This document shows positions 47,155 through 57,061 of a stretch of 64,000 nt of DNA, piece after piece (the first letter of the stretch is position 1; every line of letters starts with the position of its first letter). Both the position numbers and the translations under genes were made by a program. Source of the stretch: an uncultured Chloroflexia bacterium. Its GTDB lineage: Bacteria > Chloroflexota > Limnocylindria > Limnocylindrales > CSP1-4. The stretch lies in the NCBI GenBank assembly GCA_963768655.1, contig CAVYIM010000003.1, forward strand, positions 736,001 through 800,000, written 5' to 3'. Under the pieces are notes generated by a model, which searched no databases, was not told the DNA's origin, and was given only the letters and a program-made list of their open reading frames with translations.

Positions 47155-48234
47155 TCAGACCGGTCGCGTCGAATCCTCGAGCGACTCGATCGTCTGGCGC
47201 AGCACCTCGGCCGACTTCCGAACGCCCCGGGCCTCGCGCGGGCTCAGGTCCAGGCGCAGCACCCGCTCGATGCCGCGCCGGCTGATAACGGTCGGCAGGC
47301 TGAGGCAGACGTCGTCGATGCCGTAGTAGTCGCTGACCAGGCTCGAGATCGACAGGACCGTGTTCTGGTCGCGCAGGATCGCCTCGGTGATGCGCATCAG
47401 ACCCGCGGCCACGGCGTAGTAAGTGGCGCCCTTGCGGCTGATGATCTCGTACGCGGCGTCGCGGGTCTGGCGGAAGATCCGCTCCATCGTGTCCGTGCCG
47501 AGCGGGATGCCGTTCTCCGAGCAGAAGGTCGGCAGGCGCATGCCCGCCACGTTGGCCAGCGACCAGACCGGCACTTCGCTGTCGCCGTGCTCGCCGATGA
47601 TGTAGGCGTGGACGCTTCGCGGGTCCACGCCCAGGTGCTCGCTCAGCATGTATCGGAAGCGGGCTGTGTCGAGGATCGTGCCCGAGCCGAAGACACGGCG
47701 GGGTGGCAGGCCGGCCAGCTTGAGGGTGACGTAGGTCAGGACGTCGACCGGGTTGGTGGCGACGACGATGATCCCCTCCGGGTTGGCTTCGGCCACCTGC
47801 GGCACGATCTGGGCGAAGATCGCGGCGTTGCGCTTGACCAGCTCGAGGCGGGTCTCGCCCGGGCGCTGGCCCACGCCGGCGGCGATGACGGTGATCGCCG
47901 CGCCTTCGCAGTCGGCGTATTCGCCGGCGCAGATCTTCGTCGGATGCGCGAACGGCACGGCGTGGTTGAGGTCCATCGCCTCGCCCTCGGCGCGCTCGTG
48001 GTTGGCGTCGACGAGGACGATCTCCGAGGCGATGCCCGACAGCAGCAGCGAATAGGCGAAGGTCGAGCCGACCATTCCCACGCCGACGATGGCGATCTTG
48101 GTGGGGCGGCCGGTCTGGTAGTCCGGCTCACGGGTCATCGACGGCTCGCCCGTAGGCCCGCTGCGGCCGCGGCGGGCGGTCGGAGCAGAAGCCCCGGTCG
48201 CTGGAGCGGTGGTTGGATCGACGATCTCGCTCAT
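47155..48234 (-). CDS. ldh: L-lactate dehydrogenase
   Basis: GVGMVG, QRPGETRLEL, ATNPVD, GTILDTARF, GEHGDS, KGATYYA; alternative start 48138. Confidence 0.96.
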   Translation of the reverse strand: MSEIVDPTTAPATGASAPTARRGRSGPTGEPSMTREPDYQTGRPTKIAIVGVGMVGSTFAYSLLLSGIASEIVLVDANHERAEGEAMDLNHAVPFAHPTKICAGEYADCEGAAITVIAAGVGQRPGETRLELVKRNAAIFAQIVPQVAEANPEGIIVVATNPVDVLTYVTLKLAGLPPRRVFGSGTILDTARFRYMLSEHLGVDPRSVHAYIIGEHGDSEVPVWSLANVAGMRLPTFCSENGIPLGTDTMERIFRQTRDAAYEIISRKGATYYAVAAGLMRITEAILRDQNTVLSISSLVSDYYGIDDVCLSLPTVISRRGIERVLRLDLSPREARGVRKSAEVLRQTIESLEDSTRPV

Positions 48235-48347
48235 GGCGTCATGCTGCCACGGAGCGGCGAACTCTGTGCATCGAAGTTCGAGCGCGACCGCCCGGCCGGT
48301 CGTTCGATCGACTGTCTCAGATGGGGCGGACGCCGTCAGCGGCGCCT

Positions 48348-49628
48348 CTACGACCGCTCGACCGGGAAGAAGCGCGGCAGGTGGCCGCGGTTCGCTTCGA
48401 GCAGCGCGCCGAGCAATGGCACGGCGACGTCCCACTCCGAGACCAGCGGATTCGACAGGAGCGCGCGCAGCGCTGTCACTCGGTCGCCCGTGATCGCGGC
48501 TTCGACGGCCAGTCGTTCGTACGCCTTCGCGTGCTGGACGAGCCCACGCATCTCGGGCGCGAGCGGTCGAAGCGGGAGTGGATGCGCTCCATCACGGTCG
48601 ATGCGAGCAGGTATCTCGACCACGTCGTCAGCCGCCATGTCGGGCAGCGCGCCCCTGTTCCTGACGTTCACCACCTGCACGTCGCCGGTGCCGGCGTGCA
48701 GCGACGCCATGAGCTGTGCGGCGGCCTCGCTGTAGAACGCGCCCCCGCGCTGCTCCAGCAGCGCCGGCTTGGCGTGGAGCGCGGGATCGCGGTACATCTC
48801 CAGGAGCTGTCGCTCGATCTCCATCACCTCGGTCGCTCGCGTGTGGCCCGCCCGCTCCTCGGCGAGCACCTCCGAAGTTCGGTAGTAGTAGCGAAGGTAG
48901 TAGGAGGGCAGGGCGCGGATGGCACGGAGGAGATCGACTGGGAGCTCCAGCTCCTCGGCGAGAGCCGCCGCGGAGACGTCGTCGTCGAGGGACTCGGGCA
49001 AGATGTCGTGACCATCGACGCGGACCGCGCGCTCCCACGTCAGGTGGTTGAGGCCGACGTGCTCGAGCTCGACCCGTTCCGGCGCGACACCCCGCGCGGC
49101 GGCGATGCGGCGCTGGAGCGTGATCGCCACGTTGCACAGGCCCATCGCCCGGTAGCCGGCATCGAGCAGCGCCTGGGTGACGATTCCCACCGGGTTCGTG
49201 AAGTCGAGGATCCAGGCGCCGTCTCCCGCCCGGTGTGCGGCGGTTTCGGCGATGTCGAGCACCACTGGAACGGTGCGCAGCGCTTTCGCGAACCCACCGG
49301 GGCCCGTCGTCTCCTGACCTATGCAGCCGAAGCGGAGCGGCAGCGTCTCATCGACGAAACGGGCAGCCTGTCCCCCGACGCGCAGCTGGATGACGACGAA
49401 ATCCGCGCCGTCGAGCGCCGCGTCGCGGTCCTCTGTCACCGTCAGCTGGCCCGACCACCCTCGACGACGGAGCATGCGTCCGGCGAGCCCCGCCACGACG
49501 TCCAGGCGCGGGCCGTCGATGTCCAGGAGGGCGAGCTCGTCCACGGGCAGTCGGTCGGCGCGCGTCGCCAGCCCGTCCACCAGCTCGGGTGTGTACGTCG
49601 ACCCGGCGCCGACTACCGCGATCTTCAC
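48348..49628 (-). CDS. GH4 6-phospho-beta-glucosidase (ChbF/LicH-like)
   Basis: GAGSTYTPEL, GQETTGPGG, FTNP, GLCN, GLNHL, RGGAFYSE. Confidence 0.93.
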   Translation of the reverse strand: MKIAVVGAGSTYTPELVDGLATRADRLPVDELALLDIDGPRLDVVAGLAGRMLRRRGWSGQLTVTEDRDAALDGADFVVIQLRVGGQAARFVDETLPLRFGCIGQETTGPGGFAKALRTVPVVLDIAETAAHRAGDGAWILDFTNPVGIVTQALLDAGYRAMGLCNVAITLQRRIAAARGVAPERVELEHVGLNHLTWERAVRVDGHDILPESLDDDVSAAALAEELELPVDLLRAIRALPSYYLRYYYRTSEVLAEERAGHTRATEVMEIERQLLEMYRDPALHAKPALLEQRGGAFYSEAAAQLMASLHAGTGDVQVVNVRNRGALPDMAADDVVEIPARIDRDGAHPLPLRPLAPEMRGLVQHAKAYERLAVEAAITGDRVTALRALLSNPLVSEWDVAVPLLGALLEANRGHLPRFFPVERS

Positions 49629-49638
49629 TCCCAACGCG

Positions 49639-50718
49639 TTACCTCGCTTCTCGACCGGAGACCGGCAAATCACCTGGCGGAATAGCGCCGGCGGTCGCTG
49701 CGGCGTCGGCGGCGGCCACATGACAGGCGGCGCTGTGATCTGGAGCCAGGACCCGCAGCTGAGGCGTAACCCGTCGGCATTCATCGATGGCGTAGGGACA
49801 GCGTTCGCGGAAGCGGCACCCCTCGCCGGGGTTCACCACCTTGGGCGGCTCGCCGACGGCGGGCGAAGTCGAAACCGAGATGGGCTCCCGGGGGTCGGGC
49901 ACGGCCGAGAGCAGGAGCTTGGTATAGGGGTGCCTGGGGTCGACCAGCACCGTCTCGGTCGGGCCGGCCTCGACGATGTGCGCCGCGTACATGACCATGA
50001 TCCGGTCGGCGACGTACCGGGCGCTGGCGATATCGTGGGTGATGTAGAGGATGGATACCCCTTCGCGTTCTCGCAGGTCGGCCATCAGGTTGAGGATCCC
50101 GGCTCGAATGGAGACGTCGAGCATCGACACCGGCTCATCGGCCAGGATCAGCTTGGGTCGCACTGCCACCGCTTGGGCGAAGCCGACGCGCTGACGCTGG
50201 CCGCCGCTCATCTCGTACGGGAACTTCCGCAGCATCTCGCCCGCCGGGGTCAGCCCGACGAGGGTGAAGACCCGTTCCGCCTCCTGAAGCCGCTCGGCGC
50301 GGCCCAGCTCGGGTCGGTGCAGCTTCAGGTTGCGCATGACGCCGTGCGAGACACGGAACACCGGGTTCATCGAGCTGTACGGGTCCTGGAAGACCATCTG
50401 CACCTGGCTCCGGTAGTGGAGCAGGTCCCGGCGGGAGTGCAGGCTGTGGACGGAACGGCCCCGGAACTCGATCCGGCCGCGGGTGGGCCTGTAGAGCATG
50501 GCCAGCAGCCGAGCGATCGTGCTCTTGCCGCTGCCGCTCTCGCCGACCAGGGAGACGATCTCCCGCTCGCCGATGGCCAGACTGACGTCGTCGACGGCAT
50601 GCAGCACCTGGTTCGAGAAGAGGCCGCCGAGGCGAAAGTGCCGGGTCAGACCGACCGTGCGCAGCAGCGGCTCGTCGACTGGGGCCGCCCCGTTCTCGTC
50701 GAACTCGACGCCCGCCAT
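49639..50718 (-). CDS. Opp/Dpp-family ABC ATPase
   Basis: GESGSGKS, MSGGQRQR, ADEP, C-terminal CRF..RC..C...AAC. Confidence 0.95.
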   Translation of the reverse strand: MAGVEFDENGAAPVDEPLLRTVGLTRHFRLGGLFSNQVLHAVDDVSLAIGEREIVSLVGESGSGKSTIARLLAMLYRPTRGRIEFRGRSVHSLHSRRDLLHYRSQVQMVFQDPYSSMNPVFRVSHGVMRNLKLHRPELGRAERLQEAERVFTLVGLTPAGEMLRKFPYEMSGGQRQRVGFAQAVAVRPKLILADEPVSMLDVSIRAGILNLMADLREREGVSILYITHDIASARYVADRIMVMYAAHIVEAGPTETVLVDPRHPYTKLLLSAVPDPREPISVSTSPAVGEPPKVVNPGEGCRFRERCPYAIDECRRVTPQLRVLAPDHSAACHVAAADAAATAGAIPPGDLPVSGREAR

Positions 50719-51695
50719 CAGTCGGCGTCCTTCTGAGCGTCGGCGTGCAGGAGGCAACGGACCCATGCGCCCGCGACCGTGTAGAGCTCGGGATCGGTCG
50801 TGAGGCACTGGGGCATCACCACCGGGCAGCGGGGGTGGAAGCGACATCCCGAGGGTGGCCGGGCGAGATCGGGCGGGCTGCCCGGGATGCCGGTGAGAGG
50901 CCGGCGGGGCCCGCGGATCGACGGGAAGGCCTCCAGCAGGCCCTTGCTGTAGGGATGGAGCGGACGGTCGAACATGATCTCGGTGACGCCCATCTCGGCG
51001 ACCTGGCCCGCGTACATCACCATCAGGCGGTCCGAGTAGTGGCGCACAAGGGACATGTCGTGGGTCACGAAGATGACGGCGAAGCCAAGACTCTGTTGCA
51101 GCTCCTTGATCTGGCTCATGAGCGAGCGCTGGGCGACGACATCGAGGGCCGAGGTGGGCTCATCCATGATCACCAGCTCGGGGGTGAAGAGCAGGGCCAT
51201 GGCGATCATGGCCCGCTGGCGCATGCCGCCGCTCAGCTGGTGGGGATAGCTCTTGAGGTGCACGGCGTCGATGCCAACCAGGTGGAGCACCTCGGCCGAC
51301 CGCTCGTGGATGGCTGCAGCGGACATCCGGGCATGGGCCTGCATCGTGTCGCGGAACTGGGCCTCGATGCTCAACATCGGGTTGAGAGCGTTCATGGCAC
51401 TCTGCATCACCACCGAGTAGTCCCGCCAGCGGATGTGCCTCAACTCGTTCTCCGTGAGCCGCACCATGTTCTGACCCTTGAAGGTCACCGAGCCCCCGGC
51501 AATCTCGGCCGGTGGCGAGAGCAGCTGGGCAATGGCGAAGAGCAGCGTGGACTTCCCGCAGCCGGATTCGCCGACGATCCCAAGGAACTCTCCGGGCCGG
51601 ACCTCGAGGTCGACGCGGTCGACCGCGCGCACGTCTCCCGCGTCGGTGATGTAGTCGACCGAGAGGTCCCGCACCTCAAGCAGAGGGCTTGGCAC
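50718..51695 (-). CDS. Opp/Dpp-family ABC ATPase
   Basis: [28 protein letters not shown]. Confidence 0.95.
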   Translation of the reverse strand: MPSPLLEVRDLSVDYITDAGDVRAVDRVDLEVRPGEFLGIVGESGCGKSTLLFAIAQLLSPPAEIAGGSVTFKGQNMVRLTENELRHIRWRDYSVVMQSAMNALNPMLSIEAQFRDTMQAHARMSAAAIHERSAEVLHLVGIDAVHLKSYPHQLSGGMRQRAMIAMALLFTPELVIMDEPTSALDVVAQRSLMSQIKELQQSLGFAVIFVTHDMSLVRHYSDRLMVMYAGQVAEMGVTEIMFDRPLHPYSKGLLEAFPSIRGPRRPLTGIPGSPPDLARPPSGCRFHPRCPVVMPQCLTTDPELYTVAGAWVRCLLHADAQKDAD

Positions 51696-52611
51696 GACGC
51701 CTCCTCACCGGTCTGAGCGCCGGATTGCCGATCTCATCGAACGCGTAGTTCAAGAGGGCGAAGCCGGTTCCAAGCAGGGCGACTGCGGCCCCGGGCGCGA
51801 GCATCCACAGGGCGTTGCCGCTCTCCAGGGCACCGTTCTGCTGGGAGTAGTAGAGCATCGTGCCCCAGGTCAGCTCGGTGCTGTTGCCCAGCCCGAGGAA
51901 CTGCAGGCCCGCGGCGAAGCCCACGACGAAGACTGCCAGCCCGAGGAACGAGGCCACGAGCAGCGAGATCATATTGGGAAGGATCTCGACGATGATGATG
52001 TAGGAGCGCCGCTCGCCGCGCACTTTGGCCGCTTCGAGGAAGTCTCGGGTGCGCAGCGACAGGCCCTGGGCCCGCAGTTGTCGGGCCGCGAAGGCCCAGC
52101 TCGTCACGATCATGACCGCGGTGATGGTCAGGGAGCCGCTGGGGAGATACGCGGTCAGGACGATCAGGAGCGGCAGCGTGGGGAGAACGAGGAAGACGTC
52201 GGTCAGCAGCGACAACGAGCGGTCAGCCATCCCGCCGGCGTAGGCGGCGGTCACGCCTATCAGGACGGAGATCACGGTGGCGACCAGGCTGACCACCACG
52301 GTGATGATCAGTGTCAGGCGCGTCCCCCAGATCAGCTGCGAGAAGACGTCCTCGCCCACTTGGGTGGTGCCGAGGAGATGCTGGGCCGACGGACCGACCT
52401 GCTGATCGTAGATGGCCGCGTGGGGGTCGATACTGGTGAAGAGACCTGGGAACGCGGCCACGAACGTGATGACGGCCAGGATCAGAAGCCCCGCCGTCGC
52501 CTTTCGATTGCGCAGGATCGCCTGGGTCAAGCGGCTGCTGCCACCCTGCCCTCGCTGCGCGGGAGCTTCGCCCAGAGCACGGGCGTCGGGGTTGATCGCT
52601 GGTGTCGTCAT
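51676..52611 (-). CDS. Opp-family ABC permease (OppC-like)
   Basis: HLLGT..GEDVFSQL, FLEAAKVRG (EAA loop), LQFLGLG. Confidence 0.93.
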   Translation of the reverse strand: MTTPAINPDARALGEAPAQRGQGGSSRLTQAILRNRKATAGLLILAVITFVAAFPGLFTSIDPHAAIYDQQVGPSAQHLLGTTQVGEDVFSQLIWGTRLTLIITVVVSLVATVISVLIGVTAAYAGGMADRSLSLLTDVFLVLPTLPLLIVLTAYLPSGSLTITAVMIVTSWAFAARQLRAQGLSLRTRDFLEAAKVRGERRSYIIIVEILPNMISLLVASFLGLAVFVVGFAAGLQFLGLGNSTELTWGTMLYYSQQNGALESGNALWMLAPGAAVALLGTGFALLNYAFDEIGNPALRPVRRRRAKPSA

Positions 52612-52622
52612 CTACACGGCCC

Positions 52623-53594
52623 TCAGGCGTCGCGTGTCCGCGGGTCAAGCAGGGCGCTGGCGAAGTCGGCGATCAGGACGCAGATCAGGATCGCCAGCGT
52701 GTACACGAGGAAGAGGGCCGACTGCAGCGGCAGGTCGTGGTCAGTTGTGCCGGTGTAGAAGAGGTAGCCGAGCCCCGGGTACGAGAACGTGTACTCGACC
52801 AGGATCGACCCGCCGAGCACGTAGCCGAGCTGCATGGCGAAGCCGGTTAGATTGGGCAGGATCGCGTTCCGGGCTGCGTAATCGATCATGATCCGCCAGC
52901 CCGGCAGCCCCTTGGCGCGGGCCATCCGCACGTAGTCCTCGGCCAGCGTGGTCACCATGTTGTTGCGCATGGTGTAGATCCAGGAGCCTGCCGTGACGAT
53001 GACGAGGGTGGCCGCGGGAAGGATCGCATGCGCGATCACGTCCCAGATGAAGCCGAGCGAGAGCGAAGGCGTCGCGGTGAGGCTGTAGTTGGACTCGAGT
53101 GGCAGCCATCCCAGAGTGACGGCGAAGACGTACAGAAGAACCAGGGCCACGAAGAAGACCGGTAGGGTCGAGACGATGAAGAGAAGCGGCGGGAGGATGT
53201 TGTCCAGTCGGCCTCCCCGTCGCCAGGCGCTGAGCACGCCGATCATCGTGCCGATCACGAACGCGATCACCGTGGTCACACCCACCAGACCGAGTGTCCA
53301 GGGCAGCTTGTCCATGATGTCGGTCATGACGGGGACCCGGGCGGCCGTCAGGCCGAATTGACCGGTCAAGCAGTTGCCGAGGTACTGGAAGTATGTGACG
53401 ACGATGTTCTGGTCGGTGTTTATCCCGAACTCGACCTGCAACGCGTGCAGCGCGGCCGGGTTGACGCCCTTCATCCGAGACAGCACCGACGTCGCCTCAT
53501 CCCCCGGCATCAGCCGGGGGATGAGGAAGTTGACGGTCAGCGCCGCCCAGAGGGTCAGGACGAAGAGTCCCAGCCGGCGAGCGACGTATCTCAT
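52623..53594 (-). CDS. Opp-family ABC permease (OppB-like)
   Basis: PRLMPGD, EDYVRMARAKG, VEYTFSYPGLG. Confidence 0.93.
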   Translation of the reverse strand: MRYVARRLGLFVLTLWAALTVNFLIPRLMPGDEATSVLSRMKGVNPAALHALQVEFGINTDQNIVVTYFQYLGNCLTGQFGLTAARVPVMTDIMDKLPWTLGLVGVTTVIAFVIGTMIGVLSAWRRGGRLDNILPPLLFIVSTLPVFFVALVLLYVFAVTLGWLPLESNYSLTATPSLSLGFIWDVIAHAILPAATLVIVTAGSWIYTMRNNMVTTLAEDYVRMARAKGLPGWRIMIDYAARNAILPNLTGFAMQLGYVLGGSILVEYTFSYPGLGYLFYTGTTDHDLPLQSALFLVYTLAILICVLIADFASALLDPRTRDA

Positions 53595-53633
53595 GGACGG
53601 GACTCCCGGGCGCTGCTGCTCACGTGGCCGCGG

Positions 53634-55448
53634 TTAGTTCGTCGGGAACAGGTGCGTCAGCACCACGCCATTATCGGGTGTTGCCCAGACCGGAGGCTGG
53701 GCGTAGGGGTCGTCCGGCGTGGGCCAGCCGCCGAAGCTGGTGGTGTCGTACTGATACCAGTCGACACCCTCGACGACAGGGATGACCGGGACGTCGTTGA
53801 CCATGACCTGCTCGATCTGGTCAATGATGCCGACCTGGTCGGCGGCGCTGGCCGACGCGTAGTTGTTGAACAGCGTGTCGACGGCCGTCGACTTGTACCG
53901 TGAGTAGTTGGTCGACCCGATGTTGCTGCTGAGCAGCATCTGCCGGAGCTCGTAGTAGGGAAGAGGCCCACCGGTCTCCTCACCGAAGGCGAGCTGGAAG
54001 TTCCCTTTCTGGAGGTCGGGCGTGTAGACGGTCGTGTCCTCGTCCTGGACCTTGACCGCGATGCCCGCTGCCTGCAGCTCCTGCGTAATCACTGTCAGCG
54101 ACGAGTCCCAGTCGGTGTAGCCGCTGATCGTCTTGATCGTGAACGAGAGCTTCTGGCCACTGGAGTTCGCGTAGATGCCGTCAGACCCCTTGGTGAAGCC
54201 GGCGGCCTCCAGGGTCTGGTCGGCCTTGGCGACGTCGAAGGCGGTTGTGTCGATCGTCTTGTCGTACCAGGCGTTGTACGTCGGCAGGACGATACCGGTC
54301 TGATTGGCCGGCGGCTCATACCCCGACTCGCCTCGCTGCGAGACGTCGGCGCGGTTGATGGCCAGGCTGATGGCCTGGCGGACCGCTACGTTTGCCAGCA
54401 GCGGGTTATCCAGGTTGGGGAAGAGCGCCACGTTGAGAACGGCCGGGAACCAGTAGTGGCGATGAGCTGGGTCCTTGGCGACGTAGAAGGAGTCGATGTT
54501 GGGGATGTACTGCGCGCCCCACTGCGCTTGCCCCTGGGCCAGCAGCAGATTGGCTGGAGTGTTGCTGAGGAAGGAGGGGTAGTCCAGCTCGGCGATCTGG
54601 GGAACCGGGTGGCTGGCCGTGCTCTGCCAGTAGTTGGGGTTGCGCAGGTACTTGATGTTGTTCTGACTGCAGTTCGACATCAGGTAGGGGCCGGTGCCCA
54701 CGGGGGCGGTGTCGGCGTACGTGTCGAGCTTGGTCTGATCCAGCGTGGACCAGATGTGCTGGGGGATTATCGGAATCTGGTCGGCCACGTAGTAGAAGTA
54801 CGTCTGGGCCGGGCCTGAGAAGGTGAAGACCACCTGATTGCTGCCCTGGGCGGCTACGCTGGTGAGCGGGCCGCCATCGGCAGACCAGAGGGCGTTGAGA
54901 TCGAGGGCCGAGTCAGCCTTCAGGGCGTTGAACGTGTAGACGACGTCCGCGGCGCTGAATGGCTGGCCGTCACTCCACTTGGCTCCGTCGCGGATAGTGA
55001 AGGTGAGGGTCGTGAAGTCGGGGCTCCATGTGGATGAACTGGCCAGCCACGGAGTCACCACGTTGGAGCCGTCGGCGTTCGTCTCGAGCGCGTCCACGAA
55101 CTCGAGCGGCTCATAGATGAAGCCGACCGATGTGCCGCTCACCGACGGGTTGTATGGGTTGAACTGGCAGGTCCAGGTGCTGCCGCTCTCGTTGTCGATG
55201 ACGAGCGTGCCGCCGATCTTCCCGGTGTTGACGGGGCCGCTCGCCGTCGGACTTGCGGTGCTGGCCGTTGGAGTTGTGGCACTCGCGCCCGGAACGGTGG
55301 CACTCGCGCCCGGAACGGTGGCACTCGCGCCCGGAACTGTGCCGCTGGGGCTCGCGCTCGGCGTGCTGCTACCACAGGCGGCGGCAATCACGCTGGCAGC
55401 GACCACGAGACTGAATAACCTGGAGCCTCTCATCCTGGAGCCTCTCAT
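53634..55448 (-). CDS. Family 5 solute-binding lipoprotein (probably oligosaccharide-binding)
   Basis: Lipobox IAAC, KWSDGQPFSAADVVYTF, PVGTGPY, VRQAISLAINR, GYTDW; SD AAGGGAG. Confidence 0.93.
   Translation of the reverse strand: MRGSRMRGSRLFSLVVAASVIAAACGSSTPSASPSGTVPGASATVPGASATVPGASATTPTASTASPTASGPVNTGKIGGTLVIDNESGSTWTCQFNPYNPSVSGTSVGFIYEPLEFVDALETNADGSNVVTPWLASSSTWSPDFTTLTFTIRDGAKWSDGQPFSAADVVYTFNALKADSALDLNALWSADGGPLTSVAAQGSNQVVFTFSGPAQTYFYYVADQIPIIPQHIWSTLDQTKLDTYADTAPVGTGPYLMSNCSQNNIKYLRNPNYWQSTASHPVPQIAELDYPSFLSNTPANLLLAQGQAQWGAQYIPNIDSFYVAKDPAHRHYWFPAVLNVALFPNLDNPLLANVAVRQAISLAINRADVSQRGESGYEPPANQTGIVLPTYNAWYDKTIDTTAFDVAKADQTLEAAGFTKGSDGIYANSSGQKLSFTIKTISGYTDWDSSLTVITQELQAAGIAVKVQDEDTTVYTPDLQKGNFQLAFGEETGGPLPYYELRQMLLSSNIGSTNYSRYKSTAVDTLFNNYASASAADQVGIIDQIEQVMVNDVPVIPVVEGVDWYQYDTTSFGGWPTPDDPYAQPPVWATPDNGVVLTHLFPTN
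55276..55338 (-). repeat. 21-bp coding tandem repeat x3 (TVPGASA)
   Basis: gtggcactcgcgcccggaac(g/t) x3. Confidence 0.92.
55419..55448 (-). repeat. 15-bp perfect duplication including the start codon (MRGSR x2)
   Basis: atgagaggctccagg x2 on the minus strand. Confidence 0.9.
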
Positions 55449-55545
55449 CGGTGGTCTCCCTTTCATCCTCAGCGGATCCTGCGCCGCCAAGTCACCTCGT
55501 CCTCCGCAGCCACCTAGCCTCGGTCGAACCTAGGTGCTATGATGC

Positions 55546-55579
55546 ATAGGAAGGTTACCTTAATATTCACGACAGTCAA
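55546..55579 (-). promoter_or_regulatory. ABC-operon promoter with probable ROK operator over the -10
   Basis: TTGACT-16 nt-TAACCT (minus strand); dyad AAGGT-T-ACCTT (55551-55561) inside AT-rich ATAGGAAGGTTACCTTAAT. Confidence 0.65.
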
Positions 55580-55747
55580 GCAATCAAGGGCCATCTGGTC
55601 GCGGCGGCTGTGTCGGGCCCAGCTGGACGACGAGATTTCTGGCCGCAGGGAAGCGCGGCCAACGCTTCGGCACCCGCGCCGGTTCGACGGCGATGGTTGC
55701 CGGGTGATGAAGGCGAGTTGCCAACAGCATCACATCGGAGGACGGCG

Positions 55748-57061
55748 ATGCGGGCACGGGAGGCGGCGAAGCCGAGTCTGCTGCGGGCCATCAACCTCCG
55801 CGCGGCCTTCGACGCGGTTCAGGCTCGCGGACCGATCGGCGCCCCACAGGTGGTGCGACAGACCGGCCTCTCCCGACCCACGGTCGGCGAGGTCATCGCC
55901 CGGCTTCTCGATCTCGGTTTGATCCGAAGGGTGGGGCGCACAAGGGGACATCCCGGGCCGAGCGCTCAGCTGTACGACGTCAACCCCCGGGCCGGCTGGG
56001 TGCTGAGCCTCGACGTGGGGCGGCAGTGGGTGCGAGCGGCGATCACGGACCTGACGGGCACAGTGGTCGCCCGCACAGCGTCGCGGACCTCGGCCTCGAC
56101 CGCCCCGGCGGCGATTGCCCAGCTCCGCGGAGCGGCCGATCAGCTCACGGCAGAGGCGAAGATCAGTCTGGCCGACCTTCATCAGGTCGTCGTCGGAACG
56201 CCTGGCGTCATCCGACCCGGCGAAGACCATCTTTCGCTTGCTCCCAACCTGCCTGGTTGGGCCACCGCGGGGGTCATCACGGACATCCGTCGAGCGCTGG
56301 TGGCCCCGGTCCTGTTCGAGAACGACATCAACCTTGCCGCCGTGGGCGAGCACGTCCAGGGAGTCGCTCGGGGGGTCGACGATTTCGTGCTCCTCTCGGT
56401 CGGGACCGGAGTGGGGATGGGAGTGGTCCTGGACGGCGAGTTGCGCCGTGGCGCCGCCGGCCTCGCCGGCGAGATCGGCTACCTCGCCCTGGACATGGAT
56501 GCCGCGGCCTCGGGACGTGTCGCCGCCTGGGGCGACGGCGCCTTCGAGGCTCTGACGTCGGCGGCGGCCATCCTCGCCCTTGCCCGCGCCGCGGGGTTAC
56601 CGGAAGCGGCCTCGGCCGCTGACATCTTCGACGCCGCTCGCTCCGGTGAGCCGGCGGCGGCCACCGTCGTAGCGATCGAAGCCCGCCGCCTCGCACACGC
56701 GATCGCCGCCATCGCGGCCGTGCTGGACCCGCATCTCGTGGTATTGGGCGGTGGTATCGGCACAGGAGGCGGCGACCTTCTGCTCGGGCCAGTTGCCGAT
56801 GCGCTCGCCGCGATCTCCCCGTTCTCGCCCAGGCTGGCGATATCCGGGCTGGGCGCCGACGGCGTCATCGCCGGAGCCGCCGCGACCGGGCTGCGCCTGG
56901 CCCTGGATCGGATCTTCGAACGGGCGGCGACCAGCGCGCCGGGTCTCGAGCTCGGTCGGCCCGACGCCGGTATCGCCGCGGGATCGATCGCGGCCTGGCA
57001 TCCTGAGAGCGCCGAGGTGTCAGGCCGAGGCGCCCGCATGGACCCGGAGGCCCAACCTTGA
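55748..57061 (+). CDS. ROK-family transcriptional repressor
   Basis: N-terminal HTH (TGLSRPTV), ENDINLAAVGE, GTGVGMG, AGEIGY; SD GGAGG. Confidence 0.92.
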   Translation: MRAREAAKPSLLRAINLRAAFDAVQARGPIGAPQVVRQTGLSRPTVGEVIARLLDLGLIRRVGRTRGHPGPSAQLYDVNPRAGWVLSLDVGRQWVRAAITDLTGTVVARTASRTSASTAPAAIAQLRGAADQLTAEAKISLADLHQVVVGTPGVIRPGEDHLSLAPNLPGWATAGVITDIRRALVAPVLFENDINLAAVGEHVQGVARGVDDFVLLSVGTGVGMGVVLDGELRRGAAGLAGEIGYLALDMDAAASGRVAAWGDGAFEALTSAAAILALARAAGLPEAASAADIFDAARSGEPAAATVVAIEARRLAHAIAAIAAVLDPHLVVLGGGIGTGGGDLLLGPVADALAAISPFSPRLAISGLGADGVIAGAAATGLRLALDRIFERAATSAPGLELGRPDAGIAAGSIAAWHPESAEVSGRGARMDPEAQP

